A stretch of DNA of 64,000 nucleotides from Verrucomicrobiota bacterium (GCA_039818205.1 JBCBUK010000018.1:1-64000); one strand, 5' to 3'; positions 30,738 through 40,919 are shown, counted from the stretch's first letter. The notes: generated by a model from the letters alone, not told the origin. Program-made: numbers and translations.

Positions 30738-31475
30738 TCAGTCCTCGTCGTCCCCGGCCAACTCCTCAACTAAGCTTGAGGCCACCTGAACGGTAGCAGC
30801 CATTTGATTTGCTAACCGATTTCTCATTACGAAGTAGAATATCATCGCGGGGATGCCAATCGCCAGACCCGTAGCGGTCGTGATCAACGCTTCACCAATA
30901 TCACCCGCCAGCAGTTCCGGTCGCCCCATACCACCGCCAGAAATCGTTTGAAAGGCACCAATCATCCCGCTCACAGTTCCGAGCAAACCAATCATTGGGG
31001 AAATGGTGGCAACGACATTCAAGTAGTTTACCCATTGGGCCAGCGAGCTCTCTTCGAGCTCAAGTCCCTCGACTAAAACCGCTTCCACCTTCGGCCGATT
31101 GGCGTTTGCTAGATCGGGCCGAGCCTTGTCCAATGCTGGAGCCATTGTCCGGGACAGCACGGTATCGAATTCCGACAATACCTCATTGGCCTCACCCGTA
31201 TCGCGCTTTCTCAGGAGTTCTTTGAGTTCATCGATCACCGATTCCGGAAAAAACTTCTTTCGCTCGGTCTCCTGCCAGCAATAGAAGACGAGGAAGAGCA
31301 TAAATACCGAGCAAATGGCTAGGGGAACCATGGTCCACCCACCTTCATAAATCAGTCGAAAAAGGCTTTTTCCTTGAGTCACCTCACTGGCACTCTGCCC
31401 ATACAACCACGTAGAGGGAAAAAGCAAAATGCTTAGACCAATGGTTCGCAATGAGAGTGGAACTAGGCGCATCAT
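30738..31475 (-). CDS. MotA/TolQ/ExbB proton channel family protein
   Basis: GGWTMVPL, SPMIGLLGTVSGMI and GEALITTATGLAIGIP. Confidence 0.95.
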   Translation of the reverse strand: MMRLVPLSLRTIGLSILLFPSTWLYGQSASEVTQGKSLFRLIYEGGWTMVPLAICSVFMLFLVFYCWQETERKKFFPESVIDELKELLRKRDTGEANEVLSEFDTVLSRTMAPALDKARPDLANANRPKVEAVLVEGLELEESSLAQWVNYLNVVATISPMIGLLGTVSGMIGAFQTISGGGMGRPELLAGDIGEALITTATGLAIGIPAMIFYFVMRNRLANQMAATVQVASSLVEELAGDDED

Positions 31476-31492
31476 AATCTCGGTTCTCGATT

Positions 31493-32350
31493 TCAGTCAA
31501 AGATCGATAGATCCTGTGGCTGTTGATAATTAGCAAGTTCGGGAATATCCGGCCAGTCAAGCCCACGATCAACCATTTCTTGCCTTAGAACAGATTCATG
31601 CTCGTATTCCGTGAGCTCAACACAGGAGGCAATCGCATAGGCATAACAAGCATCGAGGCGCTCATGGGACTTCGATAACACAATCGGCTCTAAGGCATTC
31701 CAAAGTGCGGTGTCAAAGCGGCGACGTTCAAAGGAAAGCTGAGCCAGGAAATAGTAGGCATCACTCGGCACGTTCTGGCCCTGCCGCGCCTCAGCCCAGC
31801 CAACTGCGAACGCATAACAATCATCAAACCGCTCACGCTCATAAGACCAACGCAACAGCAACTCATATACTCTGTCTTGCAAAGCTGAATCACTCACCTG
31901 TGGCAAAATGGACTTGGCAATCTGCAATGCCATGAGGGGGTCGCCATCCTCATCGAGCAGTCTCGCATACTCAACGAACGCGGCTAATTCTCGGTCACTA
32001 AGCAGACGCAGATAGGGTGAACGCTGCGCATAAAGCGCACTCAAAAGAGACTGCAAATCGTCTCTCGATTTAGCACCCGGCCCCCAGGCAATCTCGGAAA
32101 GAAGTTCATCTCCAGGGAACTGCAGGCGCTCGATATCATCCAAATCCACTTGATACTCTAGAGTTCCCCCACCCTGCTCGACAACGAACACTAACTGGCC
32201 ATTATTGATTCCATTTACCCTCCCCGTAAGGGGCGACCGATTCTTCAAAATGAGCGTTTGCTCACCACCCGGCAGAACTCGTTCCCCACCATCGGCGCAC
32301 AAATCCACACCAACGCACGCCAGCAAGAGCCAAACACAAAAGCGGATCAT
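31493..32350 (-). CDS. Hypothetical secreted protein with helical (TPR-like) C-terminus
   Basis: Signal peptide; 4 bp overlap with the upstream TPR gene. Confidence 0.75.
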   Translation of the reverse strand: MIRFCVWLLLACVGVDLCADGGERVLPGGEQTLILKNRSPLTGRVNGINNGQLVFVVEQGGGTLEYQVDLDDIERLQFPGDELLSEIAWGPGAKSRDDLQSLLSALYAQRSPYLRLLSDRELAAFVEYARLLDEDGDPLMALQIAKSILPQVSDSALQDRVYELLLRWSYERERFDDCYAFAVGWAEARQGQNVPSDAYYFLAQLSFERRRFDTALWNALEPIVLSKSHERLDACYAYAIASCVELTEYEHESVLRQEMVDRGLDWPDIPELANYQQPQDLSIFD

Positions 32351-35259
32351 TGCGCCACCTCCAAGTTCGATTCGATGGCGTGATTGATATTGAGCTCGGA
32401 CCGAATCGGCTGCTCAGCCAACAATGCGTTCAGGCGCTCCAGCTCTGCCGAAGCAAGCGCCTGTTCATCAACAAATGCAGCCAGCTCTTCGCCCTCAACG
32501 AACTCCGTCCAAGTACTGTGGGCGGAATCAATATCACCAATCGCTTCAAAGCACCGAGCACTGCCAATATAGGCGGCAACGACTTCATCGGGAAAGGCGC
32601 GATAGAACAGAAACACGCGCTGAAAAAATGGGATAGCCTTTCGATAGTCGCCACTCGCTCGGTACGCCAAGCCGAGACCAAGTAAGGCCTGCGAACGTGA
32701 TTGGCCCCGAGATAGATTCGAGTTCAGTATGCGTTGATAGACTTCGATCGATCGATCAAACTCACCCGCTTCCAAAAGCAACTCAGCTAGCAATTTCCAA
32801 GCCTCAGGCAAACGCCTATGCTGGGGAAACTCATCGTTCAATTTATCGATCCATTGATGCGCTTGGTCAACGTCACCGTCCTGATGCGCAACCAAGGCAA
32901 ATCCGTAGTAGGCGGAACCGGCGTATATGCTCTCGGGATACCATTCGATTAATCGCGCGAAGAAACGCTGTCCCGCAGGGTCGTTTTGCTCAACAAGATA
33001 CATTCCCAATTGGGCAAGCCCCCTTGCATCGAACGCCTCTATTGGAACGATGTTGACTAGGCCATCAGCGACTTCCATCGCCTCAGCTGTCTTTCCCCGC
33101 TGGATCAACTGCTCGCTGCGATAGAGATCAATGCGAGAAAGCCAAGTCCATCGCTGATTTGCGAGAGCTTGCTCACGCATCCCGACGAGCCAATCCATGA
33201 AAACTGGATTTCCCGGAAGTGAGCCGGGGTCACTAGGCTGTGCTACATTTTGGAGATTCAATCGGTGAAATGTGGAGTGGCTTTCCTCCAATATGCTCAG
33301 AATTAGTGAGATATGTTCCGCATCCGGATCATTACCATGAGCCCCACAAACATAATCACCCAGCAATAGAGAGTCACCAGCATTGAACTTACCCCCATCC
33401 TGCTGATGGTTTGCCCAGAGAATCCAATAGAAGGCCTCCACCAAACGTGGCGGTTCGCGGCGATGCGTTTTAATGTAGTGGGTAAAGTGGTCGCGCAGTC
33501 CATCATAGTCGCTGAGCGCACGGTAGGCTTTACCGATCTGAAAAGTCGCGTAGGTATACAACGGACCTGACGCGGGCGGAACCGCCAAAAACGCGTTTAA
33601 GGCTTCGGGCAACTGCCCCTGCCCCAAGAGGATGTCGCCCGTCAATACCCGTGCCTCGTCAGCCCTTAGGTGATCATCAAACTGCGTCAAGAAAGCGTTC
33701 AACTCACTAAGGGCTACTGCATTTTGCTGATCAGCATACAGTATCTGCGCGCGTCGATAAACCAGCTCCGGAAAACCAGGGTCACTCGCTTTTGTCTTAC
33801 CCAAGGTCTTTTCAATGAACTCTAGCGCTCGCTGATTGTTCCTTTCGTAATAATAGGTCATTGCATAGCCCACGTGGGCCAAGGTGAGCAGACCACTCTC
33901 CGGGAAACTATCGATAACCTCCTGAAACCAGATACGAGCATTCCGGTAGTCTTCACCCAATGACGCATTCAACGCACGCGCATACACCCAACGGGGTCTC
34001 TCGGCGTGTCCTGGAAAACGCTTAATCAACTCGGACAAGGCTTCATCGGCTAGTCCAAATTCACCGTGTGACTGATACACTTGCGCGAGCAGATAACGAA
34101 CCTGCGGCAGTTTTTGGTTATTTGGATAGAGATCTAGCAAAGATTGACCGACCGAAATGGCCTCATCCCACTCCTCCATCTCGGCAAGCGCAGCCATCCA
34201 ATGAAACTGAGCCAGCGCGCGATTCTCTAAAGGAAGCTGAGTGTCCCGCGCTAGATGACGAAACCAAATCACCGCCTCACGAAATCGATTGCCAAACATA
34301 TAGGCCTGGCCGATGCGGAACTGAACGCCCGGCGAATAGTCGCCCATCTCTTCGAGACGTGCCAACGCGTTTTGTCGCTCCTTGTGCTGCATCCGAAGAT
34401 CAGCCCGTTGAAGTAGTCCAACGAGCGAGCTATTCGACCGTTCCTCTAGCTCATGGTTCATCCTTGCTAGATGCTGATGTTGGTAGTTGGCCAATTGGCG
34501 ATACGGCACCGCCAGACGCAAAAGGCGAATCGCCCGGTCGTAGTCGCCTTCGTCAAAGAATCGATTTCCAACTCGCACCGCGAGCACGTTGAACAGAGGC
34601 GACTCAAGCTTCCATTTCTCGCTCCAATCCTGCGCGAGGAGCACATCAGCCAACAAGTCAAATTCCTGCGCCTCATAGGACAAGGCCATTGCTCGCAAAA
34701 GGGCTTCAGTCGAAAAATTCTGCAAATCGGAACCCGCATCTGCAAATGCAACCAAATCGTTTACGGCGCCAACAACATCACCACGGCGCGCTTTGACCTC
34801 GGCTAAGTGCACGGTCACCTTGACGAACCATGAACCGTTTGAAGCCACCAATTCGCGGTAGTGTTGCTCCGCCGCATCCCAATTTGCCGAGCGTTGATGC
34901 GCACGGGCCAACAGGTAGACGATGGTCGACCGTTGGCTTTCGGTTAAGTTCGAGCTCGCAAGGTATTTTTCAAAGTGATCAACCGCCTCATCCCAACGCC
35001 CGGAATGCAAACAGGCGTAACCCCATAGCGGCAAAAAGCGATCGCCTAACTGATCATACTCCGGTTCAGATTCGAACTGCGAATCCAGGTAGTCGAATGT
35101 TTCGGCCGCACGGGAGAGATCGCCAACCTGAAAAGCCTCAAGCCCATGGCGTACCACTTCATTCAGTGTCCAACGCTCCAATTCTTCGTCGGCCCAGGCA
35201 GAACCAATCACCGCACCAAGCAGCATTGATCCAAACAAGCACTGAATAATCCATCTCAC
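32347..35259 (-). CDS. Large secreted tetratricopeptide-repeat protein
   Basis: Signal peptide ending AWA and many A..Y/F..L...YP/FP helical repeats; ends with FQRVFLFY. Confidence 0.88.
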   Translation of the reverse strand: MRWIIQCLFGSMLLGAVIGSAWADEELERWTLNEVVRHGLEAFQVGDLSRAAETFDYLDSQFESEPEYDQLGDRFLPLWGYACLHSGRWDEAVDHFEKYLASSNLTESQRSTIVYLLARAHQRSANWDAAEQHYRELVASNGSWFVKVTVHLAEVKARRGDVVGAVNDLVAFADAGSDLQNFSTEALLRAMALSYEAQEFDLLADVLLAQDWSEKWKLESPLFNVLAVRVGNRFFDEGDYDRAIRLLRLAVPYRQLANYQHQHLARMNHELEERSNSSLVGLLQRADLRMQHKERQNALARLEEMGDYSPGVQFRIGQAYMFGNRFREAVIWFRHLARDTQLPLENRALAQFHWMAALAEMEEWDEAISVGQSLLDLYPNNQKLPQVRYLLAQVYQSHGEFGLADEALSELIKRFPGHAERPRWVYARALNASLGEDYRNARIWFQEVIDSFPESGLLTLAHVGYAMTYYYERNNQRALEFIEKTLGKTKASDPGFPELVYRRAQILYADQQNAVALSELNAFLTQFDDHLRADEARVLTGDILLGQGQLPEALNAFLAVPPASGPLYTYATFQIGKAYRALSDYDGLRDHFTHYIKTHRREPPRLVEAFYWILWANHQQDGGKFNAGDSLLLGDYVCGAHGNDPDAEHISLILSILEESHSTFHRLNLQNVAQPSDPGSLPGNPVFMDWLVGMREQALANQRWTWLSRIDLYRSEQLIQRGKTAEAMEVADGLVNIVPIEAFDARGLAQLGMYLVEQNDPAGQRFFARLIEWYPESIYAGSAYYGFALVAHQDGDVDQAHQWIDKLNDEFPQHRRLPEAWKLLAELLLEAGEFDRSIEVYQRILNSNLSRGQSRSQALLGLGLAYRASGDYRKAIPFFQRVFLFYRAFPDEVVAAYIGSARCFEAIGDIDSAHSTWTEFVEGEELAAFVDEQALASAELERLNALLAEQPIRSELNINHAIESNLEVAQ

Positions 35260-35318
35260 GGATGGATAACTTGTCGACGATTCGAAAACAGATCAAGCCT
35301 TCGACCACTGCCTCCCGA

Positions 35319-35741
35319 CTAACCGTCAAGATCCGCCAGCGTTCGCCAAGGAAGAGCCGCGCATCGCACACGCGCAGGAAACTGACGAATACCTTGGAGC
35401 GCTTGTGCATCACCCATTGACACCCAATCGCAGTCATCGATTTCTCCGGTCAGCATTCCTCGAAACCGTGCCGCTTGGTCTTTCGCCTCTTTTGGCGCCA
35501 TACCGGTAATTAGCTCAATCATTAGCGAACATGAGGCCCGTAGAACTGCGCTCCCCTGCGCCTTGAATCCCACGGCATCGATGACACCATCTCGGAGACG
35601 AATACTTAGGCGAACCACATCGCCAGTATCCGAGTTGCTTCCTTCGAGCATTACATCATAGGAATCCAGCAAGCCCTCCCCTCGCGGGTGCTGCCCGTGG
35701 TCCAATAAGATCTCACGAAATATTTCGGTTTCCAATGCCAT
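35319..35741 (-). CDS. sufU: SufU/NifU-N family protein with degenerate Cys ligands
   Basis: EILLDH..HPR, NSDTGD, GSAVLRAS and FPARVRCA.LPW; adjacent to sufS. Confidence 0.8.
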   Translation of the reverse strand: MALETEIFREILLDHGQHPRGEGLLDSYDVMLEGSNSDTGDVVRLSIRLRDGVIDAVGFKAQGSAVLRASCSLMIELITGMAPKEAKDQAARFRGMLTGEIDDCDWVSMGDAQALQGIRQFPARVRCAALPWRTLADLDG

Positions 35742-35774
35742 ATCTGACAAGGGTTCTCGGTTCGAAAGCGGCGT

Positions 35775-37022
35775 CTAGCCCAGAAGTTTCTTTACCTTTT
35801 CCAAGCTCGCAACCAGGGCATCAACTTCGCCCATGGTATTGTAGTAGGCAAACGATGCGCGAACCGTGCCTTCGAGGCCAAAACGTTGCCACAATGGCAT
35901 CGTGCAATGGTGGCCGGTGCGCACGGCAATACCGTCAACATCGAGCATCGTCCCAATGTCATTTGGGTGAATGCCATCGATCATGAAGGAAATTACGCTC
36001 ACCTTATGATCTGCCTCGCCATAGATGCGCAGGCCTTCAACAGCCTTTAGTTGCTCAGTCGCATAAACCAACAGCTCGTGCTCGTAGGACAACATCTCGG
36101 CCTGGTCGCGGTTCATCAGGTATTCCACAGCCGCTCCCAAACCAATAGCTCCTGCAATGTGTGGCGTTCCCGCCTCGAAGCGCTCTGGAATCTCGCGAAA
36201 GGTCGTTCCTTCAAAACTCACGCGATCAATCATATCGCCTCCGCCTTGGTAAGGCGGCATGGCGTTCAGCAATTCTGGACGTCCCCAAAGAACACCGATT
36301 CCCGTCGGCCCACCGACTTTGTGTCCGGAAAATACGAAGAAGTCGCAGTTCAGTTGCGCCACGTTGACCGGAAAGTGAGCCGTCGATTGGGCGCCATCTA
36401 GAAGAACGGTCGCCCCCATGTTCTTGGCCTCAATGATGAGCGACTCTACCGGGTTAATCGTTCCTAACGAGTTCGATACGTGACAAATCGCGACGAGACG
36501 CGTGCGTTCGGTCAGCAAGTTCGAGAACGCTTCAAGGTCAAGCTCACCCTGGTCCGTTACCGGAATCACGACGATCGTTGCACCACGTTCCTCAGCGAGC
36601 ATTTGCCAAGGAACGATATTCGCATGGTGCTCCATGCCGGAAACCAAAATTTCATCTCCCGCATTGATATTTTGCCGGCCCCAGGTTGCAGCCACCAGGT
36701 TGATCGCTTCGGTAGCATTGCGGGTGAAAATGCAGCTGCGCGCCTCGGAAGCACCGATGAAACGGGCGATCGATTGCCGGGATTCCTCATAAGCGCTCGT
36801 CGCTTCCTGACTCAACGCATGGACACCCCGGTGGATATTCGCATTCTCCGTGCGGTAGTACCGGTCCAGGCGTTCGATAACCGCAAGCGGCTTCTGTGAC
36901 GTGGCGGCATTATCCAGGTAGACTAACGGGCGCCCATTGACCGACTGCCCAAGGATGGGAAAGTCCGCCCGAATCGCCTCGACGTCCCATCCGATTGCTG
37001 CGCTATCTTTTTCTAGAATCAT
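35775..37022 (-). CDS. sufS: Cysteine desulfurase, SufS family
   Basis: YLDNAATSQKP, EHHAN, PLP lysine in SGHK and group II motif RTGHHC. Confidence 0.95.
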   Translation of the reverse strand: MILEKDSAAIGWDVEAIRADFPILGQSVNGRPLVYLDNAATSQKPLAVIERLDRYYRTENANIHRGVHALSQEATSAYEESRQSIARFIGASEARSCIFTRNATEAINLVAATWGRQNINAGDEILVSGMEHHANIVPWQMLAEERGATIVVIPVTDQGELDLEAFSNLLTERTRLVAICHVSNSLGTINPVESLIIEAKNMGATVLLDGAQSTAHFPVNVAQLNCDFFVFSGHKVGGPTGIGVLWGRPELLNAMPPYQGGGDMIDRVSFEGTTFREIPERFEAGTPHIAGAIGLGAAVEYLMNRDQAEMLSYEHELLVYATEQLKAVEGLRIYGEADHKVSVISFMIDGIHPNDIGTMLDVDGIAVRTGHHCTMPLWQRFGLEGTVRASFAYYNTMGEVDALVASLEKVKKLLG

Positions 37023-37095
37023 TATTACTTGAGACTCTAGCTCAATTAGCCACATTTGCAATGGCTAAAGCGCATCTATCCGGCGGATTTCGGAC

Positions 37096-37126
37096 AAAAA
37101 AAAGGGCGATGGCCAAACCATCGCCC
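37096..37126 (-). terminator. Intrinsic terminator between the 38097 gene and sufS
   Basis: Minus strand reads GGGCGATGG-TTTGG-CCATCGCCC-TTTTTTTT. Confidence 0.9.
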
Positions 37127-37146
37127 GATTGAAGGAAAAATCTGAG

Positions 37147-38097
37147 CTATTTCGCGATTGCCTGCGCCGTTTTGGCAACCTCCGCAAATCGCTCGACTGG
37201 CGCATCAAAGATGTAAGAAGGAACGCCACTATTGATCGAAATACTTTCGACAATCACCCGAGAAACGAAGCCATTGCTGGAGGACTCAATGGCGAAAGGC
37301 ATGACCACACCTTCAACGTTACGATGATCGGACATAACCATCATGTTCTTACGCAAATTACCATCTTTCCCAACGTTGGACTCCTCGCGACCAACTTCCA
37401 AAAAGTTGGCTTTGTCGATGTAAGTTTTCACCCGGAGATCGGCCTTTTCAAAAAGAACAACATAGCAATCGATACCACCGAGGTTGGACTCAGGCAGGAG
37501 GCGAAAATTCGATGGACCCTTCTCGAACTCCCACAGGTAGCTGCCTATGCGCGCTGATTCCGAGAACAACTCCTTTTGAGTTTCAGGAATATCCTCCACC
37601 GCGCGAGTCGCTCCATTAGGCGCATATTGTTGAGCCCATAACTCGTGGCCATTGTAACCCATGTCGTACCGCATGCCGTCGTGCTCCATAATGCGTCGAG
37701 CAAGATTCGGACGGCGGAAATAGAATGTCACCTGATGCTCTGCCGAATGGCCTTCTCCATCGGCTGCATTAAGACTAGCTGAAAGCTTCATTGTGGTCAC
37801 TTCATTCACATTGGTCGCGTGAAGATGACGAAAAATGATGCGCTCAAGCTCGGAAGCTCCCTTAGGTTCGATGACTTCTTCCTCCGCAACCAACAACTCC
37901 TCTGTGGGCGCATTGGTATCATTTTCAGCAATCTCGGCCTCCTCAATTGGACTTGGCCCGGAGAACAAAATCGCGATGCAGCCTCCGCCGATGATGAATG
38001 CAAGCAGAGTCAGCAATCCAAGTGTGATACCTAGATTGGGTTTACGTTTCTTAGTCCATCCGGACTTGTTGCGGGAGCGGGATTTGCTGTTAGACAT
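37147..38097 (-). CDS. Membrane-anchored periplasmic protein, possibly LolA-like fold
   Basis: Basic N-terminus and TM helix, then a beta-rich domain ending SDHRNVEGVVMPF..N.GV...IF. Confidence 0.65.
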   Translation of the reverse strand: MSNSKSRSRNKSGWTKKRKPNLGITLGLLTLLAFIIGGGCIAILFSGPSPIEEAEIAENDTNAPTEELLVAEEEVIEPKGASELERIIFRHLHATNVNEVTTMKLSASLNAADGEGHSAEHQVTFYFRRPNLARRIMEHDGMRYDMGYNGHELWAQQYAPNGATRAVEDIPETQKELFSESARIGSYLWEFEKGPSNFRLLPESNLGGIDCYVVLFEKADLRVKTYIDKANFLEVGREESNVGKDGNLRKNMMVMSDHRNVEGVVMPFAIESSSNGFVSRVIVESISINSGVPSYIFDAPVERFAEVAKTAQAIAK

Positions 38098-38223
38098 GAC
38101 TCGGGAACTATCAACAAACAAACCATCGTTGAAAATCCCACGTATGTAATACTTCGGTATCAATGTTACGCCCAAGGGACGTTCACGTAACCCCTCGGTC
38201 TCCAGATACACATTGCCGTTTCA

Positions 38224-39387
38224 TTAATGAGACATCATCCTCACAAAGAAGCGGATGAATAACCCAACCGCAACGCACGCAATGGAAACAACAACCGCAA
38301 CCGGGGTTACCCAGAACGCCAGAAAGAAGCAGGAGGCCAAACCAACGTAGGCGAGCCATCGTGGATAAAGGCGTTGATCTTCGGACAGTCGCAGCGCGGC
38401 AAGATTCAGAATTCCGTAGTAGATCAAAACGGTGCATGCGCTAAACGACCACGCGAGCTTGATATCCCCAAGCAAACAGAGCACCGCAATAATCGCCCCG
38501 ACCGCAAGGATTGCTCGTCGGGGTTGCTGTTGCTTGTCCAATTTCGCCAATGCGGGAGCAACATCCTTGCGTCGCGCCATTGCGAGCAGTACCCGCGACA
38601 ATCCAAGGATCAAGTTCAGGACCACGCCAATCAAGGCAACAAAGCCAGCGACGGTAAACAGCTGTCCGGGTTGGACGCCGCGCAACCAGGCCAAGGAAAC
38701 TCCAGCATACAACAGGCCCGATACCAGCAGGGTTACGATCATGGCAATCGGTATATTCTTTCGCGGCTCTTTGATCTCTTCGCCCATGGTCGCAATGCGC
38801 CCATATCCAGTGAAGGCAACGAAGATCAGGGCACATGCTTCCATCAAAGAAAATGTCGACGGATCTGAAGAAATTTCAATCGGCGAAACATTGCTGGAAA
38901 ATATCAAACTCAGCAGGCCAGCGATGGTGATCGTCAAAATCGATGCATTGACCTGATTGCTCCGCCGCAAGCCCATAACGACAACCGCAGTCATCGCAAT
39001 GGTCAGACCAATTGCAGGCAAAGTCCCATCATTCGGATTCAACGCCTTGCCAATGGCCAATGCAGCCGTCGCGGCACTCGCGCACTTTGCGAGCATGAAC
39101 ATCAAGCCCGCAACGAAACCGCACGTTGGATTCAAAAGACGATAGCCATATTCGTAGGCACCACCAGAAACCGGGATCGCCGCCGCAAGCTGAGCACTGT
39201 TCAAACCATTGACGGTGGCAACGAACGCACCGACCGCAATTGCCAGAAGCACCCACGATCCAACTTCCGCAGTCGTGAGGCCAACGATCACGTAAACACC
39301 CGTGCCCAAGATCGATCCCAAGCCCAGTAACACGGCCCCGGCCACTCCCGTTGATCTCTCCAAGCTCGCATGCTGCTCATCTGCCAT
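38224..39387 (-). CDS. APC-family amino acid permease
   Basis: GSILGTGVY, SGGAYEY and FVAFTGYGRIATMGEE; multiple TM helices. Confidence 0.92.
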   Translation of the reverse strand: MADEQHASLERSTGVAGAVLLGLGSILGTGVYVIVGLTTAEVGSWVLLAIAVGAFVATVNGLNSAQLAAAIPVSGGAYEYGYRLLNPTCGFVAGLMFMLAKCASAATAALAIGKALNPNDGTLPAIGLTIAMTAVVVMGLRRSNQVNASILTITIAGLLSLIFSSNVSPIEISSDPSTFSLMEACALIFVAFTGYGRIATMGEEIKEPRKNIPIAMIVTLLVSGLLYAGVSLAWLRGVQPGQLFTVAGFVALIGVVLNLILGLSRVLLAMARRKDVAPALAKLDKQQQPRRAILAVGAIIAVLCLLGDIKLAWSFSACTVLIYYGILNLAALRLSEDQRLYPRWLAYVGLASCFFLAFWVTPVAVVVSIACVAVGLFIRFFVRMMSH

Positions 39388-39443
39388 CGCCAGACATCAG
39401 AAAGCGGTCACGCCAAATGACAAGCTCCACCGCTAGAATCTAT

Positions 39444-39484
39444 AAAAAAACAATCCGCGACGCCAAACCAAGCGCCGCGGACTG
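39444..39484 (-). terminator. Intrinsic terminator with no CDS immediately upstream
   Basis: Minus strand reads CAGTCCGCGGCGC-TTGGTTTG-GCGTCGCGGATTG-T7. The 13 bp stem has two G-U pairs that form only on this strand. Confidence 0.8.
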
Positions 39485-39784
39485 AAGCTGAACTATGACT
39501 AGACTAGAGCACGAAGGCTCCAGAAATTCTCCTCGACCACAAATTTTGCCGTGCGGCCGCGTTAAACCATTGGCCGGAATAACGTGCACCAATAAAATAA
39601 ATTATTCACCCTAAATCAAGCACATTCTACAGCCCAGAAAAAGCAAGCTAAGGCTCCAAATGATAAAGGTTTATAAAAAAGCCGTATCAAACAGTGGAAG
39701 AGAGATTACCCAATTACTCCCAAGTTATCCACAATTCGCACCTTCGGCCTTGGCCCCTTCGCAAGACTGGTTATCAACACTTCC

Positions 39785-40174
39785 ATGCTGAAATTTTACG
39801 AATACGACAAGTGCTCCACCTGCCGAAATGCCCGTAAATGGCTTGAGTCAAAGGGACTAGACGTTGAACGATTGCCGATCCGCGAGACCCCACCAAGCAC
39901 GGAAGAACTGAGCGCGATGCTCGAGGCCTACGACGGTAATATTAAGAAATTGATCAATACCTCGAGTGCCGACTACCGCACGAGCGGGCTCAAGGATGAA
40001 TTGCCATCACTCTCGATCGAGGAAGTATTCGGCCGGTTGCGCGCCACCGGGAATCTCGTGAAGCGCCCGTTTGTCATCGGCGAGAGCGTTACGCTCGTTG
40101 GCTTCAAAGAAGCCGACTGGGAATTGGCTTTAGCTAGGAACACAAAAAACCCCGGCGCAAACGCCGGGGTTTGA
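39785..40174 (+). CDS. ArsC/Spx/MgsR family protein
   Basis: CSTCRNARKWL and LVKRPF motifs. Confidence 0.9.
   Translation: MLKFYEYDKCSTCRNARKWLESKGLDVERLPIRETPPSTEELSAMLEAYDGNIKKLINTSSADYRTSGLKDELPSLSIEEVFGRLRATGNLVKRPFVIGESVTLVGFKEADWELALARNTKNPGANAGV
40144..40172 (-). terminator. Terminator of sodA, possibly bidirectional
   Basis: AAAAAACCCCGGCG-CAAA-CGCCGGGGTTT at the junction of convergent genes. Confidence 0.85.
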
Positions 40175-40206
40175 AAAGTCATTTCGAATACCGCTGAAGC
40201 GATGCG

Positions 40207-40836
40207 CTAGGCGATCGCCTTTGCGTAGTACTCGTTAACCTTGTCCCAGTTGACGACATTCCAGAATGCCGCGATGTAATCTGGGCGCTTGTTCTGATAC
40301 TTCAAATAGTAGGCGTGCTCCCAGACGTCGAGACCGAGAACTGGCTGACCACCACAAGCGCCGACCGCGTCACCCATCCATGGGTTGTCCTGGTTTGGGG
40401 TCGAGCAAACGGAAAGCTTGCCATCTTTCACGCAAAGCCATGCCCAGCCAGATCCGAAGCGAGTCGCTGCTGCATTGCCGAATTCTTCCTTCAACTTGTC
40501 GAAAGAACCGAGATCAGCGTTGATTGCCTCGGCAATTGCACCGGTTGGCTCACCGCCGCCGTTTGGCCCAATAATGGTCCAGAAGAAGGAGTGATTTGCG
40601 TGACCACCGCCATTGTTGCGGACAGCCATGCGAATGCCTTCTGGCACTTCGTTGATCTTTGCGCTTAGCTCAGCAAGGCACTCGGGAGCGTCAAATCCGC
40701 TACCGTCCAGGGCACCGTTGAGTTTGGTCACGTAAGCGTTGTGGTGCTTATCGTGATGGATTTCCATCGTTTGCGCATCGATGTGTGGCTCCAATGCGTC
40801 GAACGCGTAATCAAGAGGTGGCAGTTCGTAAGCCAT
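40207..40836 (-). CDS. sodA: Superoxide dismutase, Mn-type signature
   Basis: [27 protein letters not shown] and DVWEHAYY. Confidence 0.93.
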   Translation of the reverse strand: MAYELPPLDYAFDALEPHIDAQTMEIHHDKHHNAYVTKLNGALDGSGFDAPECLAELSAKINEVPEGIRMAVRNNGGGHANHSFFWTIIGPNGGGEPTGAIAEAINADLGSFDKLKEEFGNAAATRFGSGWAWLCVKDGKLSVCSTPNQDNPWMGDAVGACGGQPVLGLDVWEHAYYLKYQNKRPDYIAAFWNVVNWDKVNEYYAKAIA

Positions 40837-40919
40837 AATCTATTAATGGTTGGTGGTTCCAGGTTCTATTAAATGAGAGAAACACTTACCGTGCATTTGA
40901 TCGAGGACGCAGTCAACGC

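Noticed and set aside
39495..39614. 39-codon plus-strand ORF (MTRLEHEG...)
   Set aside because: It has no recognisable protein features, and the hairpin polarity favours a minus-strand RNA.
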